From positions 4,672,001-4,736,000 of the forward strand of contig OZ240241.1 in NCBI GenBank assembly GCA_965198115.1: a DNA stretch of 64,000 nt. Direction: 5' to 3'. This DNA is from Candidatus Latescibacterota bacterium. GTDB lineage: Bacteria; Latescibacterota; UBA2968. The translations under genes were made by a program, and so were the position numbers. Below the pieces are notes generated by a model. The model saw only the letters and a list, made by a program, of their open reading frames with translations. It did no database searches and was not told the DNA's origin. Position 1 is the first letter of the stretch, and every line of letters starts with the position of its first letter. Below are positions 52,522-62,717 of this stretch, piece after piece.

Positions 52522-53977
52522 GAATGGGCGCCCCAACATCGTCTGGGTGATGTGCGACGAGATGCGTCACGATTCGCTCGGCATCCTCAGCGATGGCTAC
52601 GTGCAGACACCCAACCTCGACGCCCTCGCGCGGGAAGGCACGTTCTTCCGCAATGCTTACTGTGCCTCCCCCGTCTGCTCCCCCGCCCGTGCCAGCTGGT
52701 TCACCGGTCTCTATCCACACGCGCACCTCCAGCTCCGCAATTACGGCCCAAACGTGCACGACCAGCCCGGCTGTCGTATGAGGGACGACGCTGTGACGAT
52801 TGCCGACGTCCTAGCCGAACAGGGCTATCGATGTGGCAACGTCGGCGTGTGGCACCTCGGCGGCGACGAACGTGCCCAGCACGGCTTCGACGCCGGCTGG
52901 TGCATCTACCGCTACCTACCGAGCGACTACTCCGATCCTCTTTTCGAGTACTTCGAAAGCGAAGGATTGGCCAATCCCTACAAGAGCGATTGGCCGGGGA
53001 AGGTCCGTTACGGACCCAATTCCTTACCCTTTGGCACGATCGACGACATTCGGCAGAATCGCACAACCTGGACGATCGATCGAGCCATCGACTTCCTCGA
53101 TGAATCGGTCGACCACGAAGCGCCGTTCTTCCTCCTCTGCGGCGTTAAGGATCCCCACCCCGAAATGCTGGTCACACCCGAGCAGCTCGATCGCTATTCG
53201 GAAGGCGATGTCCCCCTGCCAGATTCCAGGCACGATCCACTGGACGGCAAGCCCGCCTATCAAGAACGCGCGAAATTCCGCATCCCACCTGGTTCGCTAA
53301 CGGATGCGGAGTATCGCCGAATGTTCCGCCACTACTACGCGCTGGTGACGCACATCGACGATCAGGTCGGTCGTCTTCTTGATCACCTCGACCGAATCGG
53401 TCAGCGCGAGAATACCATTTTCCTTTTCAACAGCGATCACGGCGAGCTGCTCGGTGATCACGGGTTCGTCGAGAAATGCCTCCTCTACGAATCATCCGTT
53501 CGTGTGCCCCAAATTCTCTCGTGGCCGGCCGGATTGCCCTCGGGCCAGGAGATCGAGACACCCATAGGCGGCGTCGATCTGATGCCGACTCTGCTCGACT
53601 TTGCCGGGGCTCAGTTGCCCGACCGGCTGGACGGCTGGTCGGTAGCGGACCCTCTGCGCGATGGGGTTGAGCCAGCGTCCGCCCCTGTTTTCGCTGAAAT
53701 CGCGTCGCAGGAAGCGATCTACGGAAACAGCCGGACCGACGAACACTTGAGCGCACACGTGATGCTTCTCGACGACGGCTGGAAGTACGTCCGTAACCGA
53801 CACGACATTGATGAGCTCTACGATCTCACACACGATCCTGGCGAAATGCACAACCTGGCCAAGCACCCCGAACACGAGGATCGGATCTCGGAAATGCGAG
53901 AACAGATCTCCACCATCGTGAGCCGAACGGGACCCGGTCTCTATGGCTGGTGTCTCGACACGCCCTGCCCTTCTTAG
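52511..53977 (+). CDS. Sulfatase
   Basis: RPNIVWVMCD, CSPAR, WHLG, DPHP, SDHGE. Confidence 0.93.
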   Translation: MPAENGRPNIVWVMCDEMRHDSLGILSDGYVQTPNLDALAREGTFFRNAYCASPVCSPARASWFTGLYPHAHLQLRNYGPNVHDQPGCRMRDDAVTIADVLAEQGYRCGNVGVWHLGGDERAQHGFDAGWCIYRYLPSDYSDPLFEYFESEGLANPYKSDWPGKVRYGPNSLPFGTIDDIRQNRTTWTIDRAIDFLDESVDHEAPFFLLCGVKDPHPEMLVTPEQLDRYSEGDVPLPDSRHDPLDGKPAYQERAKFRIPPGSLTDAEYRRMFRHYYALVTHIDDQVGRLLDHLDRIGQRENTIFLFNSDHGELLGDHGFVEKCLLYESSVRVPQILSWPAGLPSGQEIETPIGGVDLMPTLLDFAGAQLPDRLDGWSVADPLRDGVEPASAPVFAEIASQEAIYGNSRTDEHLSAHVMLLDDGWKYVRNRHDIDELYDLTHDPGEMHNLAKHPEHEDRISEMREQISTIVSRTGPGLYGWCLDTPCPS

Positions 53978-53997
53978 CCTCCACGAGAACAACAACC

Positions 53998-54441
53998 ATG
54001 GCCGAGCCAGAATCTGAGAACGCCCGACAGACTGCCGTCGCCAGTGACGCGGACATCATCACCGTGAGGCCGCCGACCGAAGCGGCACAGACCAAGCAAA
54101 GGTTATCCTACTTCTTGGGGATATCCCAGGAAACGGCAGGCTCCAACGACCTCGCAATGAATCTCGTCATGATTCCTCCGGGGGGTGCTGCCGAGCCTCA
54201 CTTTCACCAAGGCTACGAGACGGCGATCTATCTCTTGAACGGACGTGTAGAAACGGCCTACGGCGTCGGGTTGGAGAAATCTGTCATCAACGAGGAGGGT
54301 GAGTTTCTCTACATTCCGGCGAACGTGCCCCATCGACCGCGAAACCTGAGCGAGACGGAACCCGCCCTCGCCATCGTGGCCAGAAACGACGGGAATCAGG
54401 AGGAAAGTGTCGTCCCATATGATCCGGCTGCGGATGGTTGA
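53998..54441 (+). CDS. Cupin domain protein
   Basis: PHFH..ET, YIPANVPH. Confidence 0.88.
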   Translation: MAEPESENARQTAVASDADIITVRPPTEAAQTKQRLSYFLGISQETAGSNDLAMNLVMIPPGGAAEPHFHQGYETAIYLLNGRVETAYGVGLEKSVINEEGEFLYIPANVPHRPRNLSETEPALAIVARNDGNQEESVVPYDPAADG

Positions 54442-54486
54442 TGGTTTTCCCTAATTCTCGATGCTCGATCATCCATTCTCGATGCT

Positions 54487-55266
54487 ATGCTAGACATTGA
54501 CCTCATCCCCTCCTCCGACCCGAAACGAGCAGCCGAAGTCTTCTTCCGAGACGGTTTCGTCGCTTTGACGGACGTCCTGTCTCCCGAACAGCTCGCATAT
54601 GCGCAGGAGGGAGCGGATCGTGTCGTTGTAGAACAGATGGCCGAAATCCCCCTCGAGGAAGCGAACCGGGGCTTCGCCCGCTATTCGTTCGGCACGCAAA
54701 TCCACCACCCCGAGTGGTCGCAGCTGATCGAATTGCCCACGGTCCTACCCGTACTCGACCAGATCTGGGGTGGCCAGGACTACGTCTGCTCGGGTGGCGG
54801 CGGCGACTACTCCACGCCGGGGGCAAGAATCCAGAAGCTGCACTCGGATATGAGCGAGTCGTTGAAGGATCCGCTCGGTCAGGTCAGCGTGTTCGATCTG
54901 CCGGCCCCCTTCATCGTCGTGAACTTTCTGATGACAGAATTTAAGGAGATCAACGGCGCGATCCGATTCGTCCCCGGCACACAGCGGACACGCGTGCGCC
55001 CGCCCGATCTCGAAGACGAACCCGAGCATTGGAAGCGATCGATCGTCTGCGCACCTGCCGGGACGGCGCTTGTCAGGGACGTCAGAACCTGGCACGGAGG
55101 TACACCAAACCGGTCGAACGAGAATCGCATTATGACCAGCACAGGCTACTATGCACCCTGGTATCGACGTCCCGGATTCGACCGGCCGTTGCCTTTGGAG
55201 CGATATCGAGAACTGTTAGAGAGAGGTCGGAGGATGTGTCAGGGCATTGTCGACTGGGAAGGGTGA
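54487..55266 (+). CDS. PhyH-family dioxygenase
   Basis: FFRDGF, LHSD, FVPGTQ, TWHGG. Confidence 0.85.
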   Translation: MLDIDLIPSSDPKRAAEVFFRDGFVALTDVLSPEQLAYAQEGADRVVVEQMAEIPLEEANRGFARYSFGTQIHHPEWSQLIELPTVLPVLDQIWGGQDYVCSGGGGDYSTPGARIQKLHSDMSESLKDPLGQVSVFDLPAPFIVVNFLMTEFKEINGAIRFVPGTQRTRVRPPDLEDEPEHWKRSIVCAPAGTALVRDVRTWHGGTPNRSNENRIMTSTGYYAPWYRRPGFDRPLPLERYRELLERGRRMCQGIVDWEG

Positions 55267-55281
55267 CTAAGGAGACGTCTC

Positions 55282-56184
55282 TTGTTCGAAGGCTTCGCAC
55301 AGACCCGCATCGACGCGAATGGCGTGTCCATCAACCTCGTGCACGGTGGTAACGGCCCGCCCCTGTTGCTTCTACACGGTTACCCACAATCCCACGTCGA
55401 GTGGCACAAGATCGCGCCCGACCTCGCTGCACACTACACAGTCGTGGCGCCTGACCTCCGCGGATACGGTGACAGCGATAAGCCTCAAGCCGATCCCGAA
55501 GACCTGGCCGTCTTCTGCAAGCGAACAACCGCCGACGATCAAGTGGCCGTGATGTCCCACCTCGGTTTTGACGCCTTCCACGTCGTCGGCCACGACCGCG
55601 GGGTCCGCGTCGGTCACCGAATGGCCCTCGACCACCCCGACCGCATCCGATCGCTCACATCGCTCGATGTCGTCCCTTCGCAGGCCGCCTTCGACCATAT
55701 GGACTACACGCTCTCGTTCGCCTGGTTCCACTGGCACCTGATGCGCCAACCCTACCCCTTGCCGGAAACGCTCATTGGCAACAGCGCGCAGACTTACCTC
55801 GACTTTCTGCTCGAGCGCTGGACTGGGATCGAAGGATCGATCACGCCTGAAGCTTACGCGGAGTACTGGCGCTGTTTCAGCGATCCGGACACCATCAGAG
55901 GCACCTGTGGCGACTACCGTTCGGTCGAACTCGATCTCGAGCACGACGAGGTGGATCGCGGTCGCAAGCTGAAGTGTCCGGTGCTGGTACTCTGGGGGAC
56001 GAGGATGGCCAAGCGCCCTGGCTGGCAGACCGGGAAAAGCCTGGACATCCTCGATGTCTGGCGCGAACGCGCCGAGAACGTACGGGGCAAACCGCTCGAC
56101 TGCGGTCACTTTCTGCCTGAAGAGCTTCCGGCCGAAACGACTGCGGAGATCCTATCCTTCATATCAGAGCAGGATGATATCTGA
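55282..56184 (+). CDS. Haloacetate/fluoroacetate dehalogenase-like alpha/beta hydrolase
   Basis: LHGYPQ, GHDRGxR, FHW, DYR, CGHF. Confidence 0.82.
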   Translation: MFEGFAQTRIDANGVSINLVHGGNGPPLLLLHGYPQSHVEWHKIAPDLAAHYTVVAPDLRGYGDSDKPQADPEDLAVFCKRTTADDQVAVMSHLGFDAFHVVGHDRGVRVGHRMALDHPDRIRSLTSLDVVPSQAAFDHMDYTLSFAWFHWHLMRQPYPLPETLIGNSAQTYLDFLLERWTGIEGSITPEAYAEYWRCFSDPDTIRGTCGDYRSVELDLEHDEVDRGRKLKCPVLVLWGTRMAKRPGWQTGKSLDILDVWRERAENVRGKPLDCGHFLPEELPAETTAEILSFISEQDDI

Positions 56185-56235
56185 CCTGACGTAGCCCAGG
56201 CCTGTCTGCGCAGAGCAGACGCAGAAAAAGACGAA

Positions 56236-56266
56236 GGCGCAGAAGGATCAGGAGACCCTCTGCGCC
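56236..56266. terminator. Hairpin between convergent genes
   Basis: GGCGCAGA...TCTGCGCC stem. Confidence 0.45.
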
Positions 56267-56296
56267 GTTCGGATTTCCTGCTACAGTTTGGACTTA

Positions 56297-56668
56297 TTAC
56301 GCCTTTTCCATCAACTCGATCTTGACGTTATCCGGGCCGTTGATGAACACGATCCGGAATCCGCCGGCATCCATCGGTCCATTCCAGATCTCGACACCAC
56401 ATTCCTCGATGCGAGCCAGCGTGGCGTCGAAATCATCCGTATCGAGACCGAGGTGGTCGTACCCCTGATAGCGGCCGAGATCCATATTGGAAAATTCGCG
56501 ATCAGTGATGGTCACGGTCACGCCGCCGAAATGCACGCGGATCCAGGTCGCACCGCCACGCTCGTAGGGCTCGTCGGCTTTCGCTTCGAACAGCTTCACA
56601 TACCAATCGGCGGCGGCGTGGACATCGGTTGATTCGTGGTGAACGTGGTTCAGGGAATACGATGGCAT
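56297..56668 (-). CDS. VOC/glyoxalase family protein
   Basis: LNHVH, DHLG, GPDNVKIEL; AGGAG RBS. Confidence 0.85.
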   Translation of the reverse strand: MPSYSLNHVHHESTDVHAAADWYVKLFEAKADEPYERGGATWIRVHFGGVTVTITDREFSNMDLGRYQGYDHLGLDTDDFDATLARIEECGVEIWNGPMDAGGFRIVFINGPDNVKIELMEKA

Positions 56669-56850
56669 ATATTCACTCCTGTAGTAAGATGACGCTCGTG
56701 GCTACTTCTATGAAGCCTACAAGTTAATCATCTGAGACAACCCCGCCACTTCCACATTCACGATAACAGGTTCCAGACGGGACGAAGTCCATCGCCGAGG
56801 TCCCAAGCCGCCTTCCCCGACAACTGAACACTGAACACCGACAACCCTCT

Positions 56851-59547
56851 ATGCCCACCTGGACCACACAAGGCTTCGAAGCTTTCAACGCCGGCACGTT
56901 CGGCAACGCAGGGCACAACCTCTACGTTTCCCGCGCCGGCATTCTTCAGCGCATCCATCACTTCGACCTCGACCAGAACGGTCACCTGGACATCGTCTTC
57001 TGCAACAGCCAGGCGCACTACGAGATGCCGCCCGCCGGGGTCTATCGCGATCCCCTCGGTCAATGCGAATATCTCGAGCTTCCCGCCGACGGCGCACGGT
57101 CCGGCGCCGTCCTCGATCTTAACGGCAATGGCTTCGATGACTTCGTCCTGGGAAACCGTTATAACGGCGTCGACCCGTTCGTGAATGCCACGATCTACTA
57201 CGGCAGTCCCGAGGGATGGAGCGAACGAAGGATCCAACGACTTCCGGCCCCACGCTCTACGTCCGTCGCTGCCGGCGACTTCAACGGCGACGGGTGTCCC
57301 GATCTCGCCTTCCTGATCGCGGATGGTTTCTCACCGACTGCCGCCACCAAGGTCCGCCTCTTCTATCAGTCCGAGCTCGGATTCGAGCCGCGACGCTACG
57401 TCGACCTGAATATCGACGCTGATCAGATCGGCGCGGGAGATCTGGACGGGGACGGGATCGCTGAGCTGCTCGTTCGGTCGAGCGAGGGAGAGATCACGGT
57501 CTTCTGGGGTGCGCCTGACGGGATCGACACCTCGCGTCTTTCACCCCTTCCGATAGACGGGGCACAGATCGAGGACACGGTCAGCGACGCCGACAAGGCC
57601 TCGAACGAGTATATCCAGGATGCGAAACCACTCGTCCAGGTCATCCAGCTCGACGAGCAGCCCTATATCTTCGCAGCGCTTGCCGACAGTGCGTTGCTCG
57701 TCCCGGTGGGATCGGACCGGCGATTCGGAGACCCGCTCACCTTCGCCTGCGCGCAGCCACTCGCGGTCGCGGTCGGCAATGTGGGTGGTAACGGGCATCA
57801 GGATCTCGTGTTCGCGTGTCGCGAACTGACCGAAGAGCCAGAGCAGGAAAGGTCCTGGATCTACTGGGGCGAAAACGGCTACAGCGAGGATCGTCGTACT
57901 CCCCTGCCTACCTATCGCGCCTGCGATGTCGCCCTCGGAGACGTCGACGGGGATGGGTGCGATGACATCGTAATCTGTCACTGCTACACCCCCGACTGGA
58001 ACACGCGCGAGTCTCTTCTCTTCCGAGGAGGTCGGGAAATCGGCGAACCAGCCGGGCTGACCAGTCACGACGCAAGACGCGCCTTCGTTGCTCGCCCCAA
58101 GGGAGACGGCAATGCCGTTGTCGTCTTCGTCAACCATCAGGGTCGTCAGAAAACGGAGACCGTCGACATCTCCATCTACCCCGGAGAGGCCGACGGCTAC
58201 ACCGAGACCCGACGGCAGGATCTGCCCGGGTTCGGCGCAGTCTGTGCCCTTTGCTGCGACCTCGACGACGATGGGCGGGCCGATCTCATCCTCGTCAACT
58301 CCGCCCACAACACCCCATCGCGCGACCCCGGCTCCTTCATCTACCGCAACGACGGCGGATTCGCCGCGCCACCGACCTGGATTCTGCCGACCGAACTGCC
58401 TCACGGTGCGTGTTGCGCCGACTTCGACCGCGATGGTTACCTCGACCTCGTTTTCAGCCGTACCAAGGGAGCAGAAATTCAAATCTTCCACGGCGGGCCC
58501 GACGGACCCGGGCGGGAACCCGAGCGCATCCGGCTGGACGACGCCTTTACCTGTGCCCTGTTCATCTACACAGCTGATCTCAACAATGACGGCTGGCTCG
58601 ATCTCGTTCTCCCTCAAAGTACGACCGATCGCAGCCTGGTTCTGTGGGGCGGACCCGAAGGTTTCTCGGGAGACCGATGTCAGGAACTGTCGGTCTGGAA
58701 GGCCATCTGTGCGCGCGCCGCGGACCTGACCGGCAACGGTTATCTCGACCTGATCCTGGGTAGCGCTCCGCCGTCGATCGGCGCGCCCCACGACTGCTTC
58801 GTCACCATCTACTGGAACGGACCGGATGGTCTTTGCGAGGATAACCGGACGCTGCTGCCGGGGAACGGTATCGACTCCGTCGCAATCGGTGATTTCGACA
58901 ACGACGGACTACTCGACCTCTTCGTGCCCTCCTATTCCGACAGCAAGAACCGGGACCTCGATTCACTCATCTACTGGAATCGGCCTGGCCTTGGTTTTTC
59001 CGCGTCCGATCGTACGCGTCTCTTCACGCACGCACCCGCAGGCAGTCTCGCCGCGGACCTGAACGAAAACGGTTGGACCGACCTTGTCGTCGGCAATCAC
59101 AAGATCGAAGGCGACCACGTCGGCTGGTCGGCCGTCTATTGGAACGGGCCGGACGGCTTCTCAGAGAAGAACACCACACGACTTCCCTCGGCCGGTCCGC
59201 ACGGGATGTTCTGCGTGGACCCGGGCAACGTCCTGGATCGCGGTAACGAGGAGGTTTACACGTCCGCATCCTGCCGGCTACCCGGAGGGTCTCGTGTCAC
59301 GGCCATTTCCTGGGAAGCAGAGCTGCAACCCAAGACCTGGTTGAAGGCTCAGATCCGTTCCGGAACGAATCAGGAGACCCTCGAGGAGGCCTGGATCGGT
59401 CCCACCGACAGTGCATCCTGGTTCGATGAGAAAAACCCCGTGAACCTAACTCTCCAAGGGGAGTGGGTTCAGTACCGAATCGTGTTGGGCGCTCGCAACG
59501 GCGGCTGCACGCCCCGTGTGAAAGCTGTCTACGTCGAATGGGAATGA
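56851..59547 (+). CDS. FG-GAP/VCBS repeat beta-propeller protein
   Basis: More than 10 DxxxDGxxDL repeats with IYWG/IYWN. Confidence 0.87.
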   Translation: MPTWTTQGFEAFNAGTFGNAGHNLYVSRAGILQRIHHFDLDQNGHLDIVFCNSQAHYEMPPAGVYRDPLGQCEYLELPADGARSGAVLDLNGNGFDDFVLGNRYNGVDPFVNATIYYGSPEGWSERRIQRLPAPRSTSVAAGDFNGDGCPDLAFLIADGFSPTAATKVRLFYQSELGFEPRRYVDLNIDADQIGAGDLDGDGIAELLVRSSEGEITVFWGAPDGIDTSRLSPLPIDGAQIEDTVSDADKASNEYIQDAKPLVQVIQLDEQPYIFAALADSALLVPVGSDRRFGDPLTFACAQPLAVAVGNVGGNGHQDLVFACRELTEEPEQERSWIYWGENGYSEDRRTPLPTYRACDVALGDVDGDGCDDIVICHCYTPDWNTRESLLFRGGREIGEPAGLTSHDARRAFVARPKGDGNAVVVFVNHQGRQKTETVDISIYPGEADGYTETRRQDLPGFGAVCALCCDLDDDGRADLILVNSAHNTPSRDPGSFIYRNDGGFAAPPTWILPTELPHGACCADFDRDGYLDLVFSRTKGAEIQIFHGGPDGPGREPERIRLDDAFTCALFIYTADLNNDGWLDLVLPQSTTDRSLVLWGGPEGFSGDRCQELSVWKAICARAADLTGNGYLDLILGSAPPSIGAPHDCFVTIYWNGPDGLCEDNRTLLPGNGIDSVAIGDFDNDGLLDLFVPSYSDSKNRDLDSLIYWNRPGLGFSASDRTRLFTHAPAGSLAADLNENGWTDLVVGNHKIEGDHVGWSAVYWNGPDGFSEKNTTRLPSAGPHGMFCVDPGNVLDRGNEEVYTSASCRLPGGSRVTAISWEAELQPKTWLKAQIRSGTNQETLEEAWIGPTDSASWFDEKNPVNLTLQGEWVQYRIVLGARNGGCTPRVKAVYVEWE

Positions 59548-59550
59548 ACA

Positions 59551-60615
59551 GTGGATCCTCTCAAAATCCCCGACGGTCACGAGGACATCACCCCCGAATG
59601 GCTCTCTCGCGTAGTGTGCATTCCTGTCGTTTCGTGCGAAGCTACCAAGATCGGCGAAGGTGTTGGCTTCGTGGGGCGTATCCTGCGAATCGAGATCGCG
59701 TATGAGAACGGCAGAGGCGAGGGTCCTCGCACACTCGTCGTCAAGCTTCCCGCCGCGGACAGGGATCTTCGCGAAAGGATCTGGCAGATCCACGAGAAGG
59801 AAATTCGGTTCTACAAAAACATCGCTGACGGAATGGAACTTCGAACCCCGAGGTGCTACTACAGTGCGGTCGACACGGAGAATCTCAAGTGCGTGCTACT
59901 GCTGGAGGATCTTGCACCGGCTCGGCCAGGAGATCAGCTCGCCGGTTGCTCGATCGAAGAAGCCGAAAACGTCCTCTTCCATCTGGCCCAAATGCACGCA
60001 TCCTACTGGGAGAACCCGCGTCTGAGGGCAATCCCGGACCTGCCTCCGTTCGATGCCCGAGCCGAGCGCTGGCAAGAAAATTATCCTCAGTGGTGGGAGT
60101 CCTTCGTTGAACAATTCGGTCACCAGATACCGAAGACCGTCCTTCCGATCGGCGAACAGCTCAAAGGGAAAACCCTGAAGATCTATCGACTGCTGATGAA
60201 CATCCCCAACACATTCGTCCACGGGGACTTCAGACTCGACAACATGTTCTTCTACGATAACGGCTCGATAGCCGTTATCGACTGGCAGGGATACGCCTAC
60301 GGGCCTGCGTCGTGGGACGTCACGAGATTCGTCGTTGGCAGTCTCGATCCGGAAGTCCGTCGCGATCACGAAGCGGGTCTCCTGAGATTCTACCACGAGC
60401 GGCTAGTCGATCGAGGCGTCGAAGGGTATGGATACGATCAGCTGACCGCCGACTTCCGCCTCACGCTGCTCGATATGTGGATGTTCATCGTCGCCGTCCT
60501 TGTGAACTTCGATATGGCCGTCAACGAACGATCTCGGGCGCTCGTGAACAGAGGGCTCGACCGCACTTGTACGGCGCTCCTGGACCACCGGGCCGATGAG
60601 ATAATCCCTTCCTGA
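59551..60615 (+). CDS. Phosphotransferase (EcKinase/APH-like)
   Basis: LVVK, EIRFY, LLEDL, HGDFRLDN, IDWQ. Confidence 0.87.
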   Translation: MDPLKIPDGHEDITPEWLSRVVCIPVVSCEATKIGEGVGFVGRILRIEIAYENGRGEGPRTLVVKLPAADRDLRERIWQIHEKEIRFYKNIADGMELRTPRCYYSAVDTENLKCVLLLEDLAPARPGDQLAGCSIEEAENVLFHLAQMHASYWENPRLRAIPDLPPFDARAERWQENYPQWWESFVEQFGHQIPKTVLPIGEQLKGKTLKIYRLLMNIPNTFVHGDFRLDNMFFYDNGSIAVIDWQGYAYGPASWDVTRFVVGSLDPEVRRDHEAGLLRFYHERLVDRGVEGYGYDQLTADFRLTLLDMWMFIVAVLVNFDMAVNERSRALVNRGLDRTCTALLDHRADEIIPS

Positions 60616-61070
60616 ACTCACCGTTTCCGACACAAGCCAGGGAAAATGATTCTTCACGCTTTAGTGTGGATCGATCAGAAACCGAGCGCTCCTGAAGTGA
60701 AAAGCCCGTCACCCACGTAATAGCGGCCCAGGTAGAGGCGGTACCGAGCAACGCTGCTGTTTCACCTCCAGATTCCGAGTCATCGACATAGCCGTCACCG
60801 AGCAGAATCGTACTGCCGGCGTGGGCCACAAGCCCCCGCGGCGGCCTCGGTAGAGGCGCCTGTCCCGAGTGGTCGCGTAAGCGGCTGTACCGAGGGAAGC
60901 GGGACTTTTCCAGTTTTCTCCGCGAAGAACCGGAAAAACAGATCGGCAGTTTGCGGAAACGGCAAGAATGGATACACTATTGAATGCGGATTCGGCAGGA
61001 ATGCAACGTCCTGCGTGCATTGAAAGTTGCGGAGGCGGTCAGCCGACCGAGAAACAGAAACGAGGAATGA

Positions 61071-62696
61071 ATGGATGACTTCACATATCGAGAGCTGATC
61101 TCGTTGGGCGAGGACGACACCTCCTATAGCCTGGTGACCACGGACTACGTTTCAACTGGAGAATTCGAGGGCCAGGAAATCCTCAAGGTCGAGGCCGAGG
61201 GTCTCACTGTGCTCGCCGATCGCGCGATTCGTGACAGCGCCCATCTCTTGCGCCCCGGCCATCTGGCCCAGGTTCGTAAAATCCTCGACGACCCCGAAGC
61301 GTCCGACAACGACCGTTTCGTGGCGCTCGAGATGCTCAAAAACGCCAACATCGCCGCGGGCGGCGTCTTGCCGATGTGCCAGGACACGGGAACGGCCATC
61401 GTGATGGGCAAGAAGGGCCATCGCGTATGGACAGAGGGCGAGGACGAAGCCGCGCTATCGCTCGGGATCACGAAGGCCTTTCAGGAAACAAACCTCCGCT
61501 ACAGCCAGATGGCCCCGATCGATATGTTCCAGGAGATCAACACGCGCAACAATCTCCCGGCGCAGATCGAGATCTACGCGGACCAGGGTAGCGCCTACAA
61601 ACTGATGTTTATGGCTAAGGGGGGCGGCTCGGCGAACAAGAGTATGCTCTTCCAGGAAACCCGTGCTCTCTTGAACCCCGACGGACTTCGCAAGTTCGTC
61701 GACGAAAAATTGCGAATGCTCGGAACAGCCGCTTGTCCCCCTTACCACCTCGGCATCGTCATCGGCGGGACCTCGGCCGAGTACACGCTTAAAATGGCCA
61801 AGCTTGCGAGTGCCCGGTATCTCGACAGCCTGCCGACAGCGGGCAACGAGCACGGCCAGGCGTTCCGGGATCACGAAATGGAAGCCCAGGTGCTCGAAAT
61901 GAGCCGCGAGCTCGGCATCGGGGCTCAGTTCGGTGGCAAATACTTCTGCCACGACGTCCGTGTCGTACGTCTCCCCCGGCACGGCGCATCCTGTCCCGTA
62001 GGCATCGCTGTTTCCTGTTCCGCGGACCGTCAGGTTCTCACGAAGATCACCCGCGACGGCATCTTCCTGGAGGAATTGGAAAGGGATCCGGCCCAATACC
62101 TGCCCGAAGTCGACGACAGCGAGTTCGAAGGGGAGGTCGTCCAAATCGACCTCACCCGTCCGATGAATGAAGTCAGGGCCGCCCTGAACCAGTACCCGGT
62201 CAGCACCCGGCTCTCTCTCACCGGCCCGATGATCGTTGCCCGCGACATCGCTCACGCCAAGCTCAAGGAACGGCTCGACAGCGGCGACGACCTGCCTCAA
62301 TACTTCAAGGAACAGTGCGTCTACTACGCGGGTCCCGCCAAGACACCCGAGGGACACGTGTCAGGTTCCTTCGGGCCGACCACCGCCGGGCGAATGGACG
62401 GCTACGTAGACGAATTCCAGGCAGCCGGAGGCAGTATGGTGATGCTGGCGAAGGGAAACCGCTCCCGACAGGTCACAGATGCATGTAAGAATCACGGAGG
62501 CTTCTATCTCGGCTCGATCGGAGGCCCAGCCGCACGACTCGCACAGGATTGCATCCGGAAGGTGGAGTGTCTGGAATATCCCGAGCTCGGAATGGAAGCA
62601 ATCTGGCAAATTGAAGTTGAGAACTTTCCCGCGTTCATCGTCGTCGACGATAAGGGCAACGACTTCTTCGCCGCCTTCGCCCACCCCAATGCATAG
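61071..62696 (+). CDS. fumA: Class I (Fe-S) fumarate hydratase
   Basis: [36 protein letters not shown]. Confidence 0.95.
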   Translation: MDDFTYRELISLGEDDTSYSLVTTDYVSTGEFEGQEILKVEAEGLTVLADRAIRDSAHLLRPGHLAQVRKILDDPEASDNDRFVALEMLKNANIAAGGVLPMCQDTGTAIVMGKKGHRVWTEGEDEAALSLGITKAFQETNLRYSQMAPIDMFQEINTRNNLPAQIEIYADQGSAYKLMFMAKGGGSANKSMLFQETRALLNPDGLRKFVDEKLRMLGTAACPPYHLGIVIGGTSAEYTLKMAKLASARYLDSLPTAGNEHGQAFRDHEMEAQVLEMSRELGIGAQFGGKYFCHDVRVVRLPRHGASCPVGIAVSCSADRQVLTKITRDGIFLEELERDPAQYLPEVDDSEFEGEVVQIDLTRPMNEVRAALNQYPVSTRLSLTGPMIVARDIAHAKLKERLDSGDDLPQYFKEQCVYYAGPAKTPEGHVSGSFGPTTAGRMDGYVDEFQAAGGSMVMLAKGNRSRQVTDACKNHGGFYLGSIGGPAARLAQDCIRKVECLEYPELGMEAIWQIEVENFPAFIVVDDKGNDFFAAFAHPNA

Positions 62697-62717
62697 CCCT
62701 CTGCTGAGAAACGGGGA

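Noticed and set aside
60895-60925. GGAAAAGTCC on the minus strand resembling RNase P RNA; GGTAGAGGCGC resembling a lysine riboswitch start
   Set aside because: The remaining conserved elements of either family are not present
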